IMG/VR virus record: IMGVR_UViG_3300035659_000022
Coordinates: 1-51,792 of that record
From: a virus
Taxonomy: Duplodnaviria; Caudoviricetes
DNA length: 51,792 bases
Strand: one strand, 5' to 3'
Under the pieces are notes generated by a model. It ran no database searches. It was not told where the DNA came from and saw only the letters and a program-made list of their open reading frames with translations. Positions 46,610-51,792 of this stretch are shown in pieces (within the stretch, counting starts at the first letter, position 1; every line of letters starts with the position of its first letter). The position numbers and the translations under genes were made by a program.

Positions 46610-47005
46610 ATGCCGAGTATCAATTTTGCACAAGTTAAGGGCCTCGAGCCCGTTCCCGTCGGCAATTACACCGCAACTATCATCAAAGCCGAGACCGGGG
46701 TGTCCAAAAAGGGCAACGAGAAGATTGACCTCCAGTGGCGAGTCGAAGGCGGGGCGTTCGATGGCCGCATTATCTTCGACACGCTGACCTTTACCGAGAA
46801 GGCTCTCTTCCGGGTCAAGGCAACCTTGAAAGGTTTGGGATTCCCGGACAACTTCAAAGGTGAGGTCAGGTCCGATATGCTCGTCGGCAAGTCTGCCAAA
46901 CTTACGGTGGACATCCAGATGGGCGAAGGCACGGACGAACAGACCGGCGAGGTCTATCCGCCCCGCAACCGTATCAAGAAGGTTGCCCAGCTCAAGGGCA
47001 AGTAA
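46610..47005 (+). CDS. DUF669-like single-stranded DNA-binding protein
   Basis: PVPVGNYTATI...SKKGNEKI...GRIIFD...LVGK; high-expression codons. Confidence 0.75.
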   Translation: MPSINFAQVKGLEPVPVGNYTATIIKAETGVSKKGNEKIDLQWRVEGGAFDGRIIFDTLTFTEKALFRVKATLKGLGFPDNFKGEVRSDMLVGKSAKLTVDIQMGEGTDEQTGEVYPPRNRIKKVAQLKGK

Positions 47006-47046
47006 GTAAGTACCCATAAGCTACTCTGTCTAATGAGGTTTATGAT

Positions 47047-47400
47047 ATGGATCCTATTCTCGCACAAGCTATTGAAGGACGCAAAGCTGAACAACATGCC
47101 AAATATGTACGGCGCCGGGAAACCCAACTTGCAACGGAGAAAAGACGCTATGACAAGCGAACTACTTTCCTAAACGAGTACAAGGCTTCTCAGGGGTGCT
47201 TGCGTTGTGGTAATCGAAACCCGATTGTATTGGACTTTCACCACCGAGACCGCAATGGGAAGGAACTTACTACTGACCAGTTGCACCATGGGCGCCTAGA
47301 AGTAGTAAGAGCCGAGATTGCAAAGTGCGATGTGCTATGTTCTAACTGTCATCGTATAGTTGAGCACAAAATAAGGGTAGCGTCGCATGACTATGCCTAA
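47047..47400 (+). CDS. HNH endonuclease
   Basis: CLRCG...LDFHHRD...CDVLCSNCH; paralog of 6582..7007. Confidence 0.85.
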   Translation: MDPILAQAIEGRKAEQHAKYVRRRETQLATEKRRYDKRTTFLNEYKASQGCLRCGNRNPIVLDFHHRDRNGKELTTDQLHHGRLEVVRAEIAKCDVLCSNCHRIVEHKIRVASHDYA

Positions 47401-49786
47401 CGAGTTCTTAGCATGTTTCGCATTCGGTGGTTTGTTGGCAGTTGCAGTAGATAAGCCGTTGCCGACCTTTACTAAGTACTATACCCCCGAACAAGTCTCG
47501 TCGCTTGTAATTCCGGAGGGCAAGGACGCTTATTTCGGTCCTGCAATGAGGTCTAACCTAGGGGCTGACAAAACTGATATACTTGGGTCTGTTGCTTTGT
47601 GGGTAGACATAGATAATGTACAAAAGCCGCTAAGCACACTCCTGCCCTCCGCGGTGGTGTTTAGTGGTCACGGTTGGCACCTTTATTGGTTCCTTGACTC
47701 ACCAGTATTGGATATTGAGACTCTCGAGAGCCTTAACAAGGTTATGGAGGGGGACGTACCAACGGCGGACAAGGGCTGCTGGAACGCAAACCGCGTGTTA
47801 AGAATTCCGGGAACGCTCAACCAAAAGGAGAAACTACATGTTCCAGTACGTTTGGAGGGCTATCAGCCTGAACGACGGTACAGCCAAGCCGATATTGCGG
47901 TTATTGCAGGACTGGACAGTAAGACGCGGCATAAGATTCGAACCGGAGACCATCGAGGTTACAGGTCCCGCAGTGAACGTGATTGGGCAATTGTTACCCG
48001 GCTCGTGCAGTGCGGCGCCAGCGACGATCTTATTCGAGCTATTTTTGCGGGGCAACCTTGTGGTGATAAGTCAAGTGAAAATCCTGCCTATTTGGGCCAG
48101 ACTATCGAGCAAGTTAGACTAAAAGCCCCGAGCGTTGCAGCCGTAACCGATGCAAGTGGAATCGAGGAGTCAGAAGATGGATACATCATCCAGACCAAAC
48201 GAGGTCCTAAGCGCCTCAGTACCTTTACGGTTTCCCCTACCGTCTTACTCGATGGCAGTAAATTCGGTGCTGAGGATGCAATTGTCGGCGATGTGCATGC
48301 AGCAGGTTATACCTGGGAAGGTATTACTTTCAGCCGCTCGGCTTTTACATCTGTCAACAAGTTCGACCGTGAGGCTCCTGTTGCCGCGTGGCAGTGGTTG
48401 GCACACGACGACGATTTACGTGCTCTCCTTCCCTTTCTCCTTGACCAATTACGTGCGGCAGGGCTACCGAAAGTTGGAGCTACCTCAGTCCTTGGTCTAC
48501 ACAAGATTCATGACACGTGGCTGTTCCTTGGCAACAAGCAAGTTATTGGCGCGAAGGAAGTCTGGCAAGGACACGACGGTCCAATCTGTTGGCTACCTTC
48601 GCAGAAAGAACATCCAATACTCAACTTGGAAACGAAAGTCTCTAAGGGCGAGCTCAAGACAGTCAGAGAGCTCGTCCCAATGCTAAATGCGGAGTCTACA
48701 ATATGGCCGATGATAGGATGGTACGCTGCAAGTATCTTGAAGCCATGGTTAGAGGAACACCATTACCGTTTCCCCATTCTCAACGTGGCAGGTACAAAAG
48801 GCTCAGGTAAGACGACGTTGATACAGAGGGTGTTCCTGCTGTTGCTGGGCCAGATAGACCCGAAGACGTACGACGCGGGGACGACAAGGTTTGTCACGCT
48901 TGCTTTGCTAGGCTCATCCAACGCCGTTCCTATCGCGTTCAGCGAGTTTCGTTATGAACTTGTAGAGCGACTCTTGCGAACCATACTCCTCGCGTATGAT
49001 ACTGGACACGATCCTCGAGGTAAGGGTGACCAGACAACTGTAGACTACCCATTATCTGCACCCTTCAGCGTTGATGGAGAAGACCTAATTGCAGATCCCG
49101 CAGCTAGAGAGCGTCTTGTAGTTGCCCGATTACACCCCGAGGCCATCGCAGAAGGTTCCGCGGCATATATAGCATTCCACAACCTGAGGGAAGCGATGCC
49201 ACTCAACTTTGGCGGTCACTATGTCCAACAGGTCCTCAAGTTAGAGCCAGAGTGGCAACGGATGCTTGATGAAGCTCGCGAAGCGCTTTTTAAGGCCTAT
49301 CCCACGAAACTTCCCGACCGTGTGAGGGCTAACCACATCGTCGCGTATTTCGGCATAATGCTTTGGTGTGCCGTCACCCAGACAGCGCTACCTGCACCTA
49401 CAATTCTTGAAGAGAGCATTTCGTCCGTGTTTAACTTAAAGAGTGGCCGTGCGATGACGTTAGCGGATTCGATGGTCGAAGATTTGGTCAATGCGGTAGC
49501 ACAAGGTAACGCGTACTTCAATTGCGCTCTCAAAGCTGACGAGGGCCAGCTGTGGTTTCAATTAGCTCCAGCACATGCTTGGTGGGTGTCATCCAGACGT
49601 CGTCAGGGCCGGGGTGCACTCGAGAGGGACGCCATTCGTGCACAACTCAAGGAAGCGCCCTACTCAGTCTCACCTCAAGTCTTGAACGACGTCTGGATGT
49701 ACGGTGTCGACCTACAGAAAGCCGCAGACGCAGGGTTAGACGTTCCTACCAAAATATCGGAACGTGTATTCGTTGTGAGGTTCTAG
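47387..49786 (+). CDS. Primase-helicase (RepB/AEP-type primase plus P-loop helicase)
   Basis: WVDID, SGHGWHLYW, RVLRIPGTLN, SRSERD, GTKGSGKTT. Confidence 0.85.
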   Translation: MTMPNEFLACFAFGGLLAVAVDKPLPTFTKYYTPEQVSSLVIPEGKDAYFGPAMRSNLGADKTDILGSVALWVDIDNVQKPLSTLLPSAVVFSGHGWHLYWFLDSPVLDIETLESLNKVMEGDVPTADKGCWNANRVLRIPGTLNQKEKLHVPVRLEGYQPERRYSQADIAVIAGLDSKTRHKIRTGDHRGYRSRSERDWAIVTRLVQCGASDDLIRAIFAGQPCGDKSSENPAYLGQTIEQVRLKAPSVAAVTDASGIEESEDGYIIQTKRGPKRLSTFTVSPTVLLDGSKFGAEDAIVGDVHAAGYTWEGITFSRSAFTSVNKFDREAPVAAWQWLAHDDDLRALLPFLLDQLRAAGLPKVGATSVLGLHKIHDTWLFLGNKQVIGAKEVWQGHDGPICWLPSQKEHPILNLETKVSKGELKTVRELVPMLNAESTIWPMIGWYAASILKPWLEEHHYRFPILNVAGTKGSGKTTLIQRVFLLLLGQIDPKTYDAGTTRFVTLALLGSSNAVPIAFSEFRYELVERLLRTILLAYDTGHDPRGKGDQTTVDYPLSAPFSVDGEDLIADPAARERLVVARLHPEAIAEGSAAYIAFHNLREAMPLNFGGHYVQQVLKLEPEWQRMLDEAREALFKAYPTKLPDRVRANHIVAYFGIMLWCAVTQTALPAPTILEESISSVFNLKSGRAMTLADSMVEDLVNAVAQGNAYFNCALKADEGQLWFQLAPAHAWWVSSRRRQGRGALERDAIRAQLKEAPYSVSPQVLNDVWMYGVDLQKAADAGLDVPTKISERVFVVRF

Positions 49787-49896
49787 TATGAGCAATAGCG
49801 AAAGTCTCGTGGATTCTCTATCGTTTGCCCTTCTACAGGTTATCCGGGACAATCCGGTCCTGATAGCCATGATACAGGAGTTGAAGTGAGGTTCCG

Positions 49897-50118
49897 ATGG
49901 ATACAGGAAAAGGAAAATTCGAGATTGTCAATGCTAAAATCGAAGATGAACTTAAAGAGGCAATGCAGAGGATGGAGGCAAAGTATCCCCAGCACGGTGG
50001 TTGGTTCCACGTTGGCGAAGTTGTTGAGCTCCGTGGTAGTCGCTTTAGAGTGAAAGCGGTCAAACCCACCGAACTCCGCCTCAAGCTATTACGGCGTAAG
50101 GAATCGATTGGTGCCTAA
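49897..50118 (+). CDS. Hypothetical protein
   Basis: GAGG RBS. Confidence 0.55.
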   Translation: MDTGKGKFEIVNAKIEDELKEAMQRMEAKYPQHGGWFHVGEVVELRGSRFRVKAVKPTELRLKLLRRKESIGA

Positions 50119-50680
50119 TATAGATTTCGTCGCGGTTGATACGCCTCGCTTTACCCGTCCCGAGTTACTACGGCACGGAACAATCCCGCATGCGATGTAT
50201 GGGGTTGCTCCTCGGAACATCAAGGGGGGAGCTTGGTGGGACGTTACCAGACGAGCGGCGTATGAGGCAAACAACATGAGATGTTGGGCGTGTGGAGGCC
50301 CGGGACCTCTTGAGGCTCACGAAGCGTATCAGATTGACTACTACAAGTACCGGATGATATTCATTGAGACTGTGGCGTTATGTAGTTATTGCCACACGTT
50401 CATACATATTGGCCGACTTATTGGAATGTTCGCTCACGGTGAAGTATCGTCTACGGCGACTAAGAGAGTTGTCTTACATGGCTACCAAGTACTTAAAGCC
50501 GCCGGGCTCAAGTGCCCTTGGCAAACCAGAGTCGTCGGCAGCGACCGGCTACCTTGGAAAGGTTCCACTGGGTGGATTCGGAAAGTGCTAACCAACTGTG
50601 ACCCTATTGAGTACTTAGTAGAGGGGACCAGGTGGTGTCTAGTCTTTGAAGGAAAGGAGTATTACCAATATGCCTTATAG
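50108..50680 (+). CDS. HNH-type endonuclease
   Basis: CWACG...LEAHE...LCSYCHTFIH; overlaps the queD start. Confidence 0.7.
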   Translation: MVPNIDFVAVDTPRFTRPELLRHGTIPHAMYGVAPRNIKGGAWWDVTRRAAYEANNMRCWACGGPGPLEAHEAYQIDYYKYRMIFIETVALCSYCHTFIHIGRLIGMFAHGEVSSTATKRVVLHGYQVLKAAGLKCPWQTRVVGSDRLPWKGSTGWIRKVLTNCDPIEYLVEGTRWCLVFEGKEYYQYAL

Positions 50681-51116
50681 CATATCGCGTGCGTATTCTT
50701 TTTGCGCCGCACATAGGATTGAAGGCCATCCTAAATGCGGCCGGCTGCACGGTCACAACTACGAAGTTATTGTCGAGTATGCCCATCCCGCTATCCCACA
50801 AGACGGGATGCTCATCGACTACGGCGAACTCGACAAGATCGTGAAGCCTATCATCGGCCGGATGGACCACCGCTACATTCTATCGTCGAGTAACATCTTG
50901 ATGAATGATCCCTACAGGAAGGTCGCGTTTGAACGCGGTGACGTGTTTGAGTTACCTACGGCTGCATCAACAGCGGAGCTTCTTGCGGAGTTTCTGTGGA
51001 ACGAGGTCTTCCAAGCCCTTCGGCTTGACTATCCTGTCTACCCGCAGAACCTAAGGATCATCGTGAAAGAGACGCCGAAGAGTAGCGCCGCCTACCAAGG
51101 AGAGGTGCCAAAATGA
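50670..51116 (+). CDS. queD: 6-carboxy-5,6,7,8-tetrahydropterin synthase
   Basis: FCAAHR, KCGRLHGHNY, IDYGEL, DHRY, TAE, ETP; AAGGAG RBS before ATG 50670. Confidence 0.93.
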   Translation: MPYSISRAYSFCAAHRIEGHPKCGRLHGHNYEVIVEYAHPAIPQDGMLIDYGELDKIVKPIIGRMDHRYILSSSNILMNDPYRKVAFERGDVFELPTAASTAELLAEFLWNEVFQALRLDYPVYPQNLRIIVKETPKSSAAYQGEVPK

Positions 51117-51373
51117 AAACACTTACAGAAGAGCGACAAGCGGTATACGGGAACGCTAGTACACTAACAGGTCAGATGTGTCGGCTTGTTATTGGCGACC
51201 TCACAATCTTGTGCCTTCACCATCCAGAAATGTTCCACCCTTGGATAAGGATATTGAACAAGTTACTCCGTATACTGTACTCGCCGACTAATGTAGACCA
51301 CTGGGTAGACATCCGGGGCTACACGGAGATCGTTATCCACCATTTGACTGCGGAAGGAAAGGGTAGTGACTGA
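51113..51373 (+). CDS. Small helical protein, DUF6378 / nucleotide pyrophosphohydrolase-like
   Basis: EERQAVYG...K..R...DHWVDIRGY pattern; between queD and the methyltransferase. Confidence 0.5.
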   Translation: MKTLTEERQAVYGNASTLTGQMCRLVIGDLTILCLHHPEMFHPWIRILNKLLRILYSPTNVDHWVDIRGYTEIVIHHLTAEGKGSD

Positions 51374-51792
51374 AGACTCTTGCTCGACGTACCAGATGCG
51401 TAACTTCTACGCGCAGTTCGGCGACGGCTTCTTTACCTCGTTGGATGTTATGAACTATATACAGCATGCGGCTGTCGTGCGTAAAGCTCGAGACGACGAC
51501 AACGTTCTGGACATCTGCTGTGGGCGGGGCCTCTTGCTTCCGTTACTACGTTATCAGAAGAAGACTATAAATTCATACACAGGTGTTGACCTTGAACCAA
51601 ACAATGTGATCTTTCGGACGCGTCGAGTTACAGACGGCAAGCCGGTAGCGCCCGGCTACTACCCCTTCAAGGTATACTTTGCTAAGGTAGATGCAGTCGA
51701 AATGACTAACCTACTTCCCCTTAACCACTACGACTTACTAGTGTATACCTCGTCGATTGAACACATGACTCCTGATAGGGGTAAACAGTCAC
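51366..51792 (+). CDS. Class I SAM-dependent methyltransferase, N-terminal part (continues across the junction to 421; about 256 aa in total)
   Basis: Manual translation from GTG 51366 (alternative ATG 51396): MRNFYAQFGDGFF...NVLDICCGRGLLL...YTGVDLE...DLLVYTSSIEH. Shows motif I (DxxCGxG), the acidic end of strand 2 (GVD) and a post-motif IV IEH. In frame with ORF 26..421. Confidence 0.85.
   Translation, partial: MTEDSCSTYQMRNFYAQFGDGFFTSLDVMNYIQHAAVVRKARDDDNVLDICCGRGLLLPLLRYQKKTINSYTGVDLEPNNVIFRTRRVTDGKPVAPGYYPFKVYFAKVDAVEMTNLLPLNHYDLLVYTSSIEHMTPDRGKQS
51716..51792. repeat. Terminal direct repeat (77 bp), right copy
   Basis: Identical to 1-77. Confidence 0.95.

Noticed and set aside
51366-51792. 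Methyltransferase as a standard DNA adenine or cytosine MTase
   Set aside because: No DPPY/NPPY/SPPY or PC/ENV catalytic motifs; it looks like a small-molecule class I enzyme.

Overview
The window looks like a complete, circularly permuted tailed-phage genome of about 51,715 bp. The first 77 nt repeat exactly at 51716-51792, and one gene (a class I SAM methyltransferase) is split across that junction. The minus-strand arm (about 31580 to 7325) is a siphovirus-type late operon: EndoVII, terminase small and large subunits, portal, scaffold, decoration protein, major capsid, neck, tail tube, chaperone with -1 frameshift, tape measure, tail tip and fibres, and an atypical lysis cassette. The plus-strand arm (about 31700 through the junction to 7279) holds early genes behind repeated sigma70-type promoters, then RuvC-like resolvase, SNF2 helicase, Cas4-like nuclease, Sak4-like ATPase, SSB and primase-helicase. 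It ends with a 7-deazaguanine DNA-modification cluster and a family A DNA polymerase carrying an N-terminal uracil-DNA glycosylase domain and an intein. I saw no integrase, tRNA or CRISPR array. Main highlights: (1) the deazaguanine pathway has queD, queE, folE and a divergent DpdA/TGT-like gene but no queC or queF, and carries an embedded SAM methyltransferase, which suggests an undescribed modified base; (2) four paralogous excisionase-like HTH proteins sit near strand-biased TGGAA arrays and an AT-rich island; (3) a neck protein carries 27 tandem ~20-aa repeats; (4) the lysis module has no canonical endolysin. All product calls come from motif reading and gene order only; no database searches were run.
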